A DNA stretch of 64,000 nt from a virus: positions 13,000 to 76,999 of IMG/VR virus record IMGVR_UViG_3300045973_000169. The stretch is one strand, 5' to 3'. Below, in pieces: positions 1 to 10,039 of the stretch. Each line of letters starts with the position of its first letter. Positions within the stretch are counted from its first letter, which is position 1. The notes under the pieces are model-generated. The model worked only from the letters and a program-made list of their open reading frames with translations, ran no database searches and was not told where the DNA came from. The translations under genes were made by a program, and so were the position numbers.

Positions 1-182
1 GTATTTTATAGATTTTCAGTTTTAGTTATGTGGGATTTGGAAAAGTTATTTTTTACATATGGGTAGTTTGGAATGGGATTTAACATCCTAGTAGACTATA
101 GGTGAGTTGGGGTATGGGACCCTAATTCATAAACCGGAACCCCGGTAGGGTAAGTGTTGTCTACTATGAAAGGAGATTCAAA

Positions 183-713
183 ATGAAAGTACAATCAAAG
201 GTAGTGTTCAATGATTCAGCAGCCGTTGTTGAGGTAACAGATGCGTTGTTAGTTAGATTAATCACTCTTGACATGCACTATGGGGCATACAAGCTTGTTA
301 ATGGGGATTGGTCGGTACTGATATACAAGTCTCTTATGGACAGTGACCCAGTGGACACATACACATGTAATGGGGATCTATTTGATATGGAAGCATGTAG
401 CAGTGCATGCCATGCATGTAAGCATAGTATACCGAATGCTGTGTATACAATGGACAATAGAGTAGCAGGACTACTAGCTGATGCTATGGGTGATATGAGT
501 AAGACCACATCACGTAAGGATAGATACGATGTATTCTATACATACACTAAAGAACTTAACACTATGGACGAAGAGATAAATGTGCAGGTAGACAAGCAGT
601 ATCATACCAGTAGTGCATGGGCTGCATGGCATGAGTATCACTGTGCTATACATCAAGTATGGACACTGCTATGGGATATGTATAGGGGTGTAGTACAGCA
701 TAATAGAGCATAG
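183..713 (+). CDS. hypothetical protein (176 aa)
   Basis: Intact ORF with RBS aaaggagattcaaaATG; no recognisable motif. Confidence 0.6.
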   Translation: MKVQSKVVFNDSAAVVEVTDALLVRLITLDMHYGAYKLVNGDWSVLIYKSLMDSDPVDTYTCNGDLFDMEACSSACHACKHSIPNAVYTMDNRVAGLLADAMGDMSKTTSRKDRYDVFYTYTKELNTMDEEINVQVDKQYHTSSAWAAWHEYHCAIHQVWTLLWDMYRGVVQHNRA

Positions 714-834
714 GCAGGGTACCCTTAAGCCCTGTGCGTACATGTACTGCTAGTATAGGGTACATGTGGTGGGTATATAGGACAGTTGAGTCATCCATAA
801 AGGACTCTTATCCTACAGTCAGGGAGGTGATATC

Positions 835-1026
835 ATGACTCTCATGGATGTACTTGGCAATGATGCAGAGGACGTACTATGGGCGATAGGTAAGGCCCAT
901 GGGATGAACCCTATGGACAAGGTACAGCCACAAAAGAAAGAGAGTAGCATTACTGCTGAGTATCATAGGCAGTGCATGCACCCTGCTATAGATGAGGCTA
1001 TGGCAAGGGAAATGGGAATTGTGTAA
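835..1026 (+). CDS. hypothetical protein (63 aa)
   Basis: ORF with RBS agggaggtgatatcATG. Confidence 0.5.
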   Translation: MTLMDVLGNDAEDVLWAIGKAHGMNPMDKVQPQKKESSITAEYHRQCMHPAIDEAMAREMGIV

Positions 1027-1054
1027 CATAACCAGAAACAAGGAGGATATAACA

Positions 1055-1360
1055 ATGAGTGACTTGATCATGGTAGTACTGGTAGAGTGGATCATGGTAG
1101 TGGGTGGGTACTGGTCAGTGGTACAGGGACAGGGGTACAGTGCATCGTGGTGTATACTGTTCGCTGTAGTAGCAGGTGTTGCTGCTGTATGCGTAGGTGT
1201 ATCAGAGAGGGCCAATGCGAGGTATTCTAAAGAGTTGATAGCTCGTATAGAGGAGAAACTCAAGGAAGAACACTACAATGTAACATCACTGTATAAAGGG
1301 GGGATGGACATAGCGTTTATGGAGCAGGAAGACATTAACAAGAAAGGGGAAAAATCATGA
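1055..1360 (+). CDS. small membrane protein (101 aa)
   Basis: Start moved from the track's 992 to the ATG after RBS aaggaggatataacaATG; two hydrophobic stretches (VVLVEWIMVVGGYW, AVVAGVAAVCVGV). Confidence 0.55.
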   Translation: MSDLIMVVLVEWIMVVGGYWSVVQGQGYSASWCILFAVVAGVAAVCVGVSERANARYSKELIARIEEKLKEEHYNVTSLYKGGMDIAFMEQEDINKKGEKS

Positions 1361-1509
1361 GTATGTTCCTTATCAACAACGACAAAGTGAAGTACACGAT
1401 GGATCAGGCCCTGGAGTTTGGGGAGATGTTGAAAGAGATGAATGGTGGCGGGCTTATCACTATTCGTCCATTGGCCTGTGGCGCTGGTTACGAAGTAAGT
1501 GTAGCATAA
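1357..1509 (+). CDS. hypothetical small protein (50 aa)
   Basis: ATGA overlap with the upstream stop; RBS-like gaaagggga upstream; below the track's length cutoff. Confidence 0.35.
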   Translation: MSMFLINNDKVKYTMDQALEFGEMLKEMNGGGLITIRPLACGAGYEVSVA

Positions 1510-1527
1510 CTAGAAAGGAGAAACAAA

Positions 1528-1839
1528 ATGAAAAAGAATAATCGCGGCTGGATCAGGGTATTCATTATGAGCATCGTCCTCTTGGCGATAGTACTCTGGC
1601 TTATCACCAGAGCTTTCCAGAAAGGCCACGTGTATTTCGATATGCGTGTTGACCCTTCGTTCGCGCAGACATCGTATCTTGGTGATACTCGGTTAGAATG
1701 CGAATGGACTGAAGGTGAGTCCTTCGCTAGATGCTACGATTCTATGACTGATCGAGGGAAACACAATCCAATACTGATAACCTTGACACCGGCGAAGCTC
1801 GAATGGTGCAGGAATGAGTTAATGAAAGGGAGGATGTAA
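1528..1839 (+). CDS. membrane-anchored protein (103 aa)
   Basis: RBS aaaggagaaacaaaATG; N-terminal TM helix (IMSIVLLAIVLWLI). Confidence 0.6.
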   Translation: MKKNNRGWIRVFIMSIVLLAIVLWLITRAFQKGHVYFDMRVDPSFAQTSYLGDTRLECEWTEGESFARCYDSMTDRGKHNPILITLTPAKLEWCRNELMKGRM

Positions 1840-1842
1840 ACT

Positions 1843-2448
1843 ATGAGAACTCTTATCTTTATCATACTGGGAGTACTGTTCGCTGATGTATTGGTTGGTT
1901 GTGGAGATAATGCAACTATCACTCAGCCTGAGCCTAAGCATACTGAGACCTATTCTATTACTACCATCAACACATCTCTCTCATCTGGGACTATTGTAGT
2001 TGAGGGCGGAAATAAAGAAATACATTGGGGTGAATCAAGAACTATCATTATCACTCCTAAACAGGGGATGAAGATCAACTCTGTTAGGTTAGATAATAAA
2101 GAGATATTACTACCAGGATCAGAGTTTGGGTTCTGTACAACGCTCACAGATATCAAAGAAGATTACATTATAACTGTCAGGTACTCATTTGATATCAAGT
2201 ACTATGACATAACAACAAGCTGCGGCCCTGGAGGAATCGTAGAGGTAAGGGGTGGACTAAGTACTCATATCGCTATGGGTAGCAACAGAGCAGTAGCTAT
2301 TATACCCTTTGCAGGGTATCGAATTAAGGTAATAAGAAAGGATGGTGAAGTAATAATCCCAGAAGATCCAAACACAGGCTATATGATTGTATTCACAGTC
2401 ATATCAACTTCACACAACATCAATGCAGAGTTCGAGGAGGTTAACTAA
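1843..2448 (+). CDS. putative lipoprotein (201 aa)
   Basis: Signal peptide ending in lipobox-like LVGC (MRTLIFIILGVLFADVLVGCGD). Confidence 0.6.
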   Translation: MRTLIFIILGVLFADVLVGCGDNATITQPEPKHTETYSITTINTSLSSGTIVVEGGNKEIHWGESRTIIITPKQGMKINSVRLDNKEILLPGSEFGFCTTLTDIKEDYIITVRYSFDIKYYDITTSCGPGGIVEVRGGLSTHIAMGSNRAVAIIPFAGYRIKVIRKDGEVIIPEDPNTGYMIVFTVISTSHNINAEFEEVN

Positions 2449-2780
2449 TGGAAAAGCTTATTGGGTGGTTGATTGTGGCAGCAGGAGTGGAGTTTCGTGA
2501 GCTGGGGCAGTCTGCACAGCGTTGGACTGACATGGTGGCGATAGGTGGACGTTATCCTCTTGTTGCCTCACTGAATAAGGGCTTTGTTGTAGCTCGTATT
2601 CCCTGTATCATCAAGCAACAGGTGTCTGATGATATCATCATGGGTCAATTGGTCCCTCATACTGAACGCGATGAGGCGGCTAAAGGTGAAGAAACTTACT
2701 ATTACTATGAGATCCGTGATTACAATGTTAAGGATTTCAAGTACAACGATGCTGGTGATATCAGCATTGAACTCATCTAA
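2448..2780 (+). CDS. hypothetical protein (110 aa)
   Basis: ORF start overlaps the upstream stop (TAATG). Confidence 0.5.
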   Translation: MEKLIGWLIVAAGVEFRELGQSAQRWTDMVAIGGRYPLVASLNKGFVVARIPCIIKQQVSDDIIMGQLVPHTERDEAAKGEETYYYYEIRDYNVKDFKYNDAGDISIELI

Positions 2781-2851
2781 CTGTAGTATCCGGCCAGATG
2801 GACTCTACATCCATCTAAACTATCACTCTAACCAAACAAAGGAGAAACAAA

Positions 2852-3838
2852 ATGAAAACTATTATTATCATGCTTGCAGCAATTGAGTACGCAATTAACA
2901 TTGAAGATGGCGTTGCTATTACCGTGGAGAAGATCATGGATGCCCTCAGCAATAGGTTGGCTATTATCGATGGTATCCATAGCATCAATCCTAAAGGTAG
3001 CTGGATGCTCCCTGACCTCACGAGCCCTTACCCAAAGGAAAAGGGGGGAAGGACTTGGATGCGATTCACTGGGCTTAAGATCAAGAAGGAGAATGTCATC
3101 ACGCTTACTCCTAATGAGCAGAAATTATGGGAAGTTCGTGTCCAAAGCTGGTTAGACATAGCTAATGGGGTAACTACTAAGTTAGATCTTAGTTATGTTG
3201 TTACCCCTCCTGTTGTCCCCGAAGCTGATCGCCAGGATATCTTTACTGATAAGGATGGAACACAGTATCCTATTATATGGCATGCAAGCGCAAGAGGGCT
3301 TAATGCAAGGGTTGCATGGGAAGTAGAGTGCAGCAAGTGTACCACTAAGATTAAAGGCTATCGGCGTATTGCATCTAAGAATGGAGTGATCCCTGCTATT
3401 ACTGAACTTCAACCTTTCATGTGTGATGATGATGGTTGTGGTAATTCTGGCCGCAATTGGCTGTGCAAGGTACATATGCCATCGTTGGTTACTACAAACC
3501 AGTTGATCGAGGAAGCTCAGAAGCCTACATACATTGGGCAGATGAGTGTTAAACTCTTGAAGGAGCATTGCAAGGGTTTGGAAACACAGGTCCAGTTGGT
3601 CAAACAGCATGAAGAGCAGTACATCCAGGTTATTGACGAACTCGAGAAATCGGTTAAGCGTCTCGAGAAAGAGGTCCTGTCAATAGTCACCGCCAAGCAG
3701 ATGGTTGATGAGTTGGAGTCTTACTGTCAGACTCTGATTGTCAATCCTAACAAAGATGATGCTTCTGACCAGAAGATTGGGATCCTTGTCCGCTTGATTC
3801 ACCACTCAAGGGCTTGGATGTTGAAGGTGACGAAATAA
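2852..3838 (+). CDS. hypothetical protein with C-terminal coiled coil (328 aa)
   Basis: RBS aaaggagaaacaaaATG; heptad-like C-terminus (LEKSVKRLEKEVL). Confidence 0.65.
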   Translation: MKTIIIMLAAIEYAINIEDGVAITVEKIMDALSNRLAIIDGIHSINPKGSWMLPDLTSPYPKEKGGRTWMRFTGLKIKKENVITLTPNEQKLWEVRVQSWLDIANGVTTKLDLSYVVTPPVVPEADRQDIFTDKDGTQYPIIWHASARGLNARVAWEVECSKCTTKIKGYRRIASKNGVIPAITELQPFMCDDDGCGNSGRNWLCKVHMPSLVTTNQLIEEAQKPTYIGQMSVKLLKEHCKGLETQVQLVKQHEEQYIQVIDELEKSVKRLEKEVLSIVTAKQMVDELESYCQTLIVNPNKDDASDQKIGILVRLIHHSRAWMLKVTK

Positions 3839-3919
3839 TGGAAGAGACAGATCCTTGTACCCATTGTACACGCCCGTTCTGCTATGGGTGTGAATACCAA
3901 CTTAAAGGAGGTGATTAAA

Positions 3920-4099
3920 ATGCCGTGGAGCTTGACCTACTTCTTCTTGTGTAGGCATTGTCACTATATGGATGAGATTCCTGCTCATTCATTGCCTGTA
4001 CATGATGGTTGTCCCAAGTGTGGGGCAATCGGCTTCAGGAGACAGGTGCTTGAGGATGATCAGTTGGTTGATTTCAATCCTAAGAAGCATGTGAAGTAA
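3920..4099 (+). CDS. zinc-ribbon small protein (59 aa)
   Basis: RBS taaaggaggtgattaaaATG; CRHC...CPKC pattern. Confidence 0.45.
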   Translation: MPWSLTYFFLCRHCHYMDEIPAHSLPVHDGCPKCGAIGFRRQVLEDDQLVDFNPKKHVK

Positions 4100-4155
4100 A
4101 CAAACGTTCTGAGCAGGACGTTAAAAGGCTCATACTTAAATAGAGGAGATATATC

Positions 4156-7100
4156 ATGAGTAAGATCAATCGGAACCAATTGGTAACATTGGCCCAGCAG
4201 TTTGGTTTGTCATGGACTAAAAGCAAAACAATGTCATGCGATGATGTGTTGGCATTCATCGTTAAGGCTGGTGGTACTGTTGAAGAGGAACTTGACCGGT
4301 GCCATGAGCATGAAGCATTCGCAAAAGATGGCAAACTCTGCTCCTTGCTGCTCAAAGCAAAGGCAGAGAAAACAAAGGGCAAAGGCCCTAAAAAGGAGGC
4401 TCCTATGACCAAGGAGCATTACGACCCGATGGTGGAAATGAAGCGCCTTCTCGCTGAACAGGAGAAAGGTACGATTGTGACAACTGAGGAGCTGTTGACC
4501 TCTACGTCACCTACTGAGGTGAAAGATGTCAGGACAGGTAAACGCTTCACTCTGATCACTGGAGAGGAAGTCAATGCCTCTGAACAGGTAATGATGCCCG
4601 GTATCCTCGTTAAGCTGTACAAACAGGGTGAGGGTTTCATCATCCGTTTCGAGGATGGTGAGGTACCTATCGGTATCCATGCCATAAACAGGTATGGGGC
4701 TGCAACGATGAAGAATGAAGATGGGACTAATGTCTTCAAACTCATCCGCATTCAGCTCATTGACCCTCAGCTCAGGATCGAGGCTACCAAACAGTGCATC
4801 AGCAAGTTGCACGACCATGGGATGGAGAAGTATGGCCGTCCTCTGTACCCTATCTTCTGGCATTCCGATACCAAAGATATGAAGGGTCTCGTTGGCTTCA
4901 AAGAGGATTTCGATAAGCTGTTGGGTGTCGATATCTTTGCTGGCAAGGATCCGGTCAAGCTCATTGGCTATGATACTCCTACACGTATCATGGTGGCAAA
5001 CTGCACTAAGAACAGTCTCAGGTTCTTGGTTGTTAATCCTGTTGGCCCCAACGGTGAGGCTTACTGCGATGGGCAGGCATACATGAACTTCGAGTTCAAG
5101 TACATCAAGTGGCTGTCCACAAAGGAAAAGGAAGCTGGGAAAGAGGCTCAGTGGAAGAAAGAGGATACCATGCAGTTCAGGTGCTTCTCTCCTCTGTTCA
5201 TGAAGGGTCAGCAGCTCCTTGGTTGGCAGTATGTCCACGATATCTGCCATTCGTACAACATCGAGAACTGGCAGGACTACGATGGTGTGGTCAACCTCGA
5301 TGTCATGAAGACTAACCCTAATGGCCTGAAACATGGGGATAGCTTCGAAGTCAATCCGATGGATATCAGTATCGTTAACATGATCACTGAGAATCCTTCA
5401 TCCTCTGCTGGTGTGCAGTTGGTCACTCACAAGCCAAGTGTTGTTTGTGCTTTGGCTGATGAGATGGGTGTTGCCGAGAACGGTAAGACCTTCCGTGGTA
5501 TTCTGGATGGCAATCTCGATGACGTCTATAAGATGCTCATGTCCTCCAAGGTTAAGTCCATGGAAGACTCTGACATCGCTCCTGCTATGTTCTTGGGTAT
5601 GAGTGTACCCAATGGCAAGGGTAGCTGGCGTCCTCTCGCTATCAAGAGCATCAGGGATCGTGAAGCTGCTCGTATCACGAAGTTCTACCAGACTGATGTG
5701 CTCAAGATGCAGACGTCCGAGTTGGCTCTGTACTCCTGCGCTACACCGGTTATCATCAAGGATGCTAAAGGTAATCTCCGTGATTGCCTGTCAGTATTCG
5801 AGCGCTACACTCTGGAGAATGATGGGAATGCAGTTAACTATGTTATTCTCCCCGATGATATCGCTTTCATCCGCAAGTGGGTAGCCAAGAAGTGCAGGAA
5901 CTCGATGCGCCATCCGGTGGTTGGTATTGGTTCTATTCAGGAGGATACTAATCTCCCTAAGTATTTCGTCGATGAACTCATTCAGATGGGTTTCAAGTCC
6001 ATCTATACGATCAATGTGGATGGTGTCGATTATGCTGTCCATCCTGCTAAACACGGGATTCTTATCTCCTATGATCGGGCAATCGCTCAGAATGGGGACT
6101 TTGATGGTGATATGCAGTATTTCATCATCAGTGACACTGCCAAGTTCGGTGTTGCAAAGATGCCCGAGATCACCATCGACATGGAAGACACTGGCAAAGA
6201 GATCGATGCCTACAACCACAACGTGTACCACAAGTTCCTGTTGTACAAGTATGTGCAGGTTATCAACTCTCAGCCTCTCATTGGCTTGGTTGACCTCTTG
6301 GTACGTCGTATCATCGAAGAGAATAGGCTCAACAACAAGGGTCTGTCCGTTGCTCAGTACATGAAGTTGGCTCTCATCAGGGAGTCCATGATTCAGGGCA
6401 GGAAGCATCTCACCGATGATATGGACTTGGATAACCCTCCATCCGTGGATGAGGTCTACAAGAACATCAGTGAGCGTTTGATTCGCACGTATCACTGGGC
6501 TGGGAAGATGAATCCCAAGGGTGCTGCTGCTCCTGCTACGCACAAGCTGAAAGTGTTTGGTGCATCTGGTACTGGCATCAGGGCAACTTCAAGCTTCCAG
6601 GCTGTTCAGAACATTGTTGAATTGGTTCCTACAGCCAAGCGCCAGCCTAATTACTCCTTGGACCCTTACTCCAAGGGCTGGGATGAACTGATTGGTGCTC
6701 AGTACATGTACCACAATGAGGATGCTGTTTACTGGATGACCAAGTTCGATACCCTTTGGACTGCTCTTCAGAAGGGCAATAGCACCATCCTCGGTGTTGA
6801 AGTATCTGCCAAGCGTATCATCAGTGTAGTTTCGTTCTGCCACTACTTGGTGTACGGTAACTCTGGCAAGACCTGGTTGGGTTACACTGCAAGTGCACGT
6901 GACCTGCTCTCTATCAGGGATGAGAATGTTCAGCGTCAGGCATTCTTTGACCTCAACAAACAGATCGATGCTCTCGTTGCTGGATTCGTTGAGGAGCAGT
7001 GTGGTCTGGACCCTCACCGTCAGGATCTGCTCAAGAAGATGTTGACCATTTACTTGGGTAAGATTGGCTTCGGTGGTCGCTTGGGCAAGGGCATTTACAC

Positions 7101-7248
7101 TCTGCCTGATAATGGTGGTATCATTGGTCATTCTGGTGGTTGCTTCTGGCGTATGAAAGCCAAGTACATCATCTGGGTTGCCAAACTCATCCATCCCAAT
7201 AACCCGATGCTGGACCGTCTCATCGACGATTACAACATCAAGATGTAG
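4156..7248 (+). CDS. multisubunit-RNAP beta-prime-like catalytic protein (1030 aa)
   Basis: Long ORF with RBS aggagatatatcATG; motif ILISYDRAIAQNGDFDGDMQYFI resembles the universal beta-prime NADFDGDQM Mg-binding loop; the functional call is by motif only. Confidence 0.5.
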   Translation: MSKINRNQLVTLAQQFGLSWTKSKTMSCDDVLAFIVKAGGTVEEELDRCHEHEAFAKDGKLCSLLLKAKAEKTKGKGPKKEAPMTKEHYDPMVEMKRLLAEQEKGTIVTTEELLTSTSPTEVKDVRTGKRFTLITGEEVNASEQVMMPGILVKLYKQGEGFIIRFEDGEVPIGIHAINRYGAATMKNEDGTNVFKLIRIQLIDPQLRIEATKQCISKLHDHGMEKYGRPLYPIFWHSDTKDMKGLVGFKEDFDKLLGVDIFAGKDPVKLIGYDTPTRIMVANCTKNSLRFLVVNPVGPNGEAYCDGQAYMNFEFKYIKWLSTKEKEAGKEAQWKKEDTMQFRCFSPLFMKGQQLLGWQYVHDICHSYNIENWQDYDGVVNLDVMKTNPNGLKHGDSFEVNPMDISIVNMITENPSSSAGVQLVTHKPSVVCALADEMGVAENGKTFRGILDGNLDDVYKMLMSSKVKSMEDSDIAPAMFLGMSVPNGKGSWRPLAIKSIRDREAARITKFYQTDVLKMQTSELALYSCATPVIIKDAKGNLRDCLSVFERYTLENDGNAVNYVILPDDIAFIRKWVAKKCRNSMRHPVVGIGSIQEDTNLPKYFVDELIQMGFKSIYTINVDGVDYAVHPAKHGILISYDRAIAQNGDFDGDMQYFIISDTAKFGVAKMPEITIDMEDTGKEIDAYNHNVYHKFLLYKYVQVINSQPLIGLVDLLVRRIIEENRLNNKGLSVAQYMKLALIRESMIQGRKHLTDDMDLDNPPSVDEVYKNISERLIRTYHWAGKMNPKGAAAPATHKLKVFGASGTGIRATSSFQAVQNIVELVPTAKRQPNYSLDPYSKGWDELIGAQYMYHNEDAVYWMTKFDTLWTALQKGNSTILGVEVSAKRIISVVSFCHYLVYGNSGKTWLGYTASARDLLSIRDENVQRQAFFDLNKQIDALVAGFVEEQCGLDPHRQDLLKKMLTIYLGKIGFGGRLGKGIYTLPDNGGIIGHSGGCFWRMKAKYIIWVAKLIHPNNPMLDRLIDDYNIKM

Positions 7249-7315
7249 TATTGTCTCGTAGTATAATGGTTTGGTAGTAATATCCTTAAAACTACCAATA
7301 TATTAGGAGGTAAGT

Positions 7316-7576
7316 ATGTCAGACAGAATGTTTAAGCACGATATTTGTTTGCCAATAGGTGATTGCGATGATGATATAGGTGATTTCTTTAGTACTCTTG
7401 GCTGGGTTATTTATTTATCTATCCCAGCATTTGAAGGGATGGTTATCCAATTTGAGAATGGTGAACACTTAATGTTCTATGTTAAAGACATCATATACTC
7501 TTACTGGAAAAATACAGCTGTAATAACGCTAGTTAAATACAGAGGGAGTTGCTCCCCATACAAGAAAGGAGTATGA
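7316..7576 (+). CDS. hypothetical protein (86 aa)
   Basis: RBS ttaggaggtaagtATG. Confidence 0.55.
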   Translation: MSDRMFKHDICLPIGDCDDDIGDFFSTLGWVIYLSIPAFEGMVIQFENGEHLMFYVKDIIYSYWKNTAVITLVKYRGSCSPYKKGV

Positions 7577-7782
7577 TATGTCAAATAACTTACGTGAACG
7601 TTTTATTGAAACATATACGACATTATCTCTTTTAGTTAGAGAGTTTTATGGTGGTCGGCGTGTATCTAATAAAAGGAGGAAATCATGATTGAAGTTCACT
7701 TATCGTTAATGGGGTGGTATTACGTTGTGATACCTATTTGTGCTAAAGTATCTGTTTATCTGATCTATTAATGGAGGGTGAT

Positions 7783-8208
7783 ATGAGAAGGGGATATAAA
7801 CAACCTAAACTTGTTGATAAAGTTAAATCTCTTATTGAAGCAGATGCTATCTCATTAGATAGAGTTAGATGCTATGATAACTCTTTGGAGAGTATCCCAG
7901 CTAAAACAGGCAGGACATCCAGAACTCATGGGTTCGAACGTGTCATAATAGAGAGGAATCAGAAGCATCGTGTAAGGTTGAAGAAAGAAAAGAGAATGAA
8001 AGAGATATTTAAAAGGGGCAAGGAAGTCCTAGCAAAGCAAGGAAGTGATCACAACTGTATTAGGAGAGGTAAACGAACTTATAGTAAAGAAGAAGCTGAT
8101 GTATATATTAAAGGTTACAAGCAAAAGAAACTTGGGAAATACTATTGTAAGAAGTGTAGAGGTTGGCATCTAACTTCTAAGCTGGAGGTGAGTAATGGTG
8201 ATACTTAG
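7783..8208 (+). CDS. basic Lys/Arg-rich protein with C-terminal CxxC (141 aa)
   Basis: Start moved to the ATG after ggagggtgat; pI clearly basic; CKKCRGWH near C-terminus. Confidence 0.5.
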   Translation: MRRGYKQPKLVDKVKSLIEADAISLDRVRCYDNSLESIPAKTGRTSRTHGFERVIIERNQKHRVRLKKEKRMKEIFKRGKEVLAKQGSDHNCIRRGKRTYSKEEADVYIKGYKQKKLGKYYCKKCRGWHLTSKLEVSNGDT

Positions 8209-8419
8209 ATTCATATGGTTATCATTAATGGACCTATTCTTTCTATTCACTCAATTTAAATTAATAGGACTAATAGTATTCTTCCTATTGTTCTGTATTA
8301 TGTTCTACTTGAAGCGTAAATAGAATTTCATGGATTCTTCTGGAGTCATTCGAGAGAGTGGCTCCTAGAGAGTGCGCGAGCATTCTAACTGCAGTACACG
8401 TTACACCTGTTATACCTGT

Positions 8420-8490
8420 AGTTTACAAGTTACACCTGTTGTACCATAGTACCGTTTAACCGTTACACATTAGTAAATATACCGCTGCTC
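8420..8490. repeat. direct repeats GTTACACCTGTT x2 plus CGTTACACA
   Basis: Copies at 8420-8431 and 8449-8460 in a 500-bp non-coding region. Confidence 0.5.
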
Positions 8491-8552
8491 CAGTCCCCCT
8501 AAAGTCAAGGGCGTGGTGCTATTTGTTGTGTTGAGTTATTAAGTGAGTGATT

Positions 8553-8702
8553 GTGTTAGTTGTAGCATTGTAGACGTAAGTGTAGCATTTGTCCGAAGAT
8601 GTCTTATCGTTGGTTAGTGTTCGTTCGTGGAGTCGTGTTAGTGTATGAAATTTTGAAATGGTGTTAGTGTTTGGCACCATTCAATAAAAAAAAACGTGTT
8701 AG
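8553..8702. repeat. array of five GTGTTAG(TGT) repeats plus GTAGCATT x2 directly upstream of gene 8716
   Basis: Copies at 8553, 8612, 8635, 8661 and 8696; likely operator or iteron-like sites. Confidence 0.5.
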
Positions 8703-8715
8703 GAAGGAGATTGTC

Positions 8716-9201
8716 ATGATTAAAAAGCGTTCCATGGTAGCAACTGTTGAGAGTCTCAAGACCGATTTCGTGAAGTTTGGTAGCAATGCTGCCATCCGCC
8801 AGATCGATATCAATCTTGGTGACCAGACCCGCATCCGCTGTAATGAAGGCGATGCACTGTTCGACTCTGTTGTAAAGTCCGTTCGCGGTGGCTGTACTCT
8901 GTCGTTCGACTATGCCGACATCCGTGAGGACAAGAAGACCGAGGCTTTGATTTCGGGCGGTACTGGTTCTGTTGGTTCCGGTTGGTTCACCGTGCATGGC
9001 GTCGAGATTACCGATGCGAAACCCGGCGAGATCAGCAAGTTGCTGGAAGAGCGTTTGGAAGCTGCTGCTGTTCCGCTGTCCTTCCCCGAGGCTCCGCGTG
9101 AAATCGTTACCGGTAAGACAAAGGGTGACATTGTTCCCGAGTACAAAGCTGGGGCACATGCTGAAGCCTCTGCTACTGGTGACACGGTTGAGAAGTTCTA
9201 G
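8716..9201 (+). CDS. hypothetical abundant protein (161 aa)
   Basis: RBS ggaaggagattgtcATG; strong high-expression codon bias (GGT/GTT/AAG/CGT/CTG) unlike its neighbours. Confidence 0.65.
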   Translation: MIKKRSMVATVESLKTDFVKFGSNAAIRQIDINLGDQTRIRCNEGDALFDSVVKSVRGGCTLSFDYADIREDKKTEALISGGTGSVGSGWFTVHGVEITDAKPGEISKLLEERLEAAAVPLSFPEAPREIVTGKTKGDIVPEYKAGAHAEASATGDTVEKF

Positions 9202-9373
9202 CCTTTTGTGCTAGTGTACGATTTTGGTAGGGGTACCGAATCCCTGCAGAGGGATAGGATTGAGTTGCTAATCCCTATCAAACGGTAGAGGGGCCTCCAT
9301 TGTTATGCATACAGTGGAGCCGAAAAGCCCCTCACCGTATTATTCTGTATCGAAGGAAGGAGAACTTAAACCA

Positions 9374-9610
9374 ATGGTTATCGAAATTAAGAGTGACACC
9401 GTAGTCAGCTCAAATCGACCATGCCATGGATGTCGAAACTTCCAGTTTAGGAGAGTAACAACGGAAGAGACCGATCCTGAAGCTAGGATTGAGGCGCAAC
9501 AACTTACAAAAGAAACCTGTTTAACTTGTGGTATCACTCGACCACGAACTTCTTTAAAGATTTATAGAGTGAAAAGTCCACCTGAACGTCGAAAACAAGA
9601 AAGGGGATGA
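9374..9610 (+). CDS. zinc-ribbon protein (78 aa)
   Basis: Start chosen after RBS gaaggaaggagaacttaaaccaATG rather than the track's 9305; CHGC...CLTCG. Confidence 0.45.
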   Translation: MVIEIKSDTVVSSNRPCHGCRNFQFRRVTTEETDPEARIEAQQLTKETCLTCGITRPRTSLKIYRVKSPPERRKQERG

Positions 9611-9764
9611 TATTTTGAAAAACTTCTTTAAAAAAGTATTCAAGTATGGGTCCCTCTTTATTATGGGATATGCATTACACATACTTGTAGAGGCATTTGT
9701 TGTAACGAATATACTTGCTATGTTCGGGATGCATATTCCCGTTCTAGTATAAGGGGGTGAACTT

Positions 9765-10028
9765 ATGATCCATCCCATACTTCTGGCTTTCATTTCTATG
9801 ATTGTTGGGAGTGTTGCACTCGTTATTACATTCGCTACAGGTCGTTGGTTCTTTAGGAACTTTATTGATCCACCCAACATGGAACTTGTTCGTGAGTTTA
9901 ACTCTTGTGTTGAAACTATAACTCGAGAACATCAACGTGGGAAACAACTCTATCGTAAATTCGGTACTGCTGAAATGAGAATCGCACAAAAGAATTGGGG
10001 TGCTGAAACACTTAGCACTTTCAAGTGA
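9765..10028 (+). CDS. membrane protein (87 aa)
   Basis: RBS aagggggtgaacttATG; N-terminal TM helix. Confidence 0.5.
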   Translation: MIHPILLAFISMIVGSVALVITFATGRWFFRNFIDPPNMELVREFNSCVETITREHQRGKQLYRKFGTAEMRIAQKNWGAETLSTFK

Positions 10029-10039
10029 GGTGGTATATC

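Noticed and set aside
2874-3155. Alternative-frame ORFs overlapping annotated genes on the same strand (for example 2874-3155, 4202-4408, 26107-26412, 46693-46959, 61135-61323)
   Set aside because: They are embedded in longer ORFs with better starts and show no independent RBS or motif support.
4507-7194. Three long minus-strand ORFs (4507-5334, 5791-6543, 6589-7194) antisense to the 1030-aa gene
   Set aside because: They lie wholly inside a long, well-supported + strand ORF in a GC-richer segment where antisense stop codons are rare. They have no RBS and low-complexity composition. Treated as shadow ORFs.
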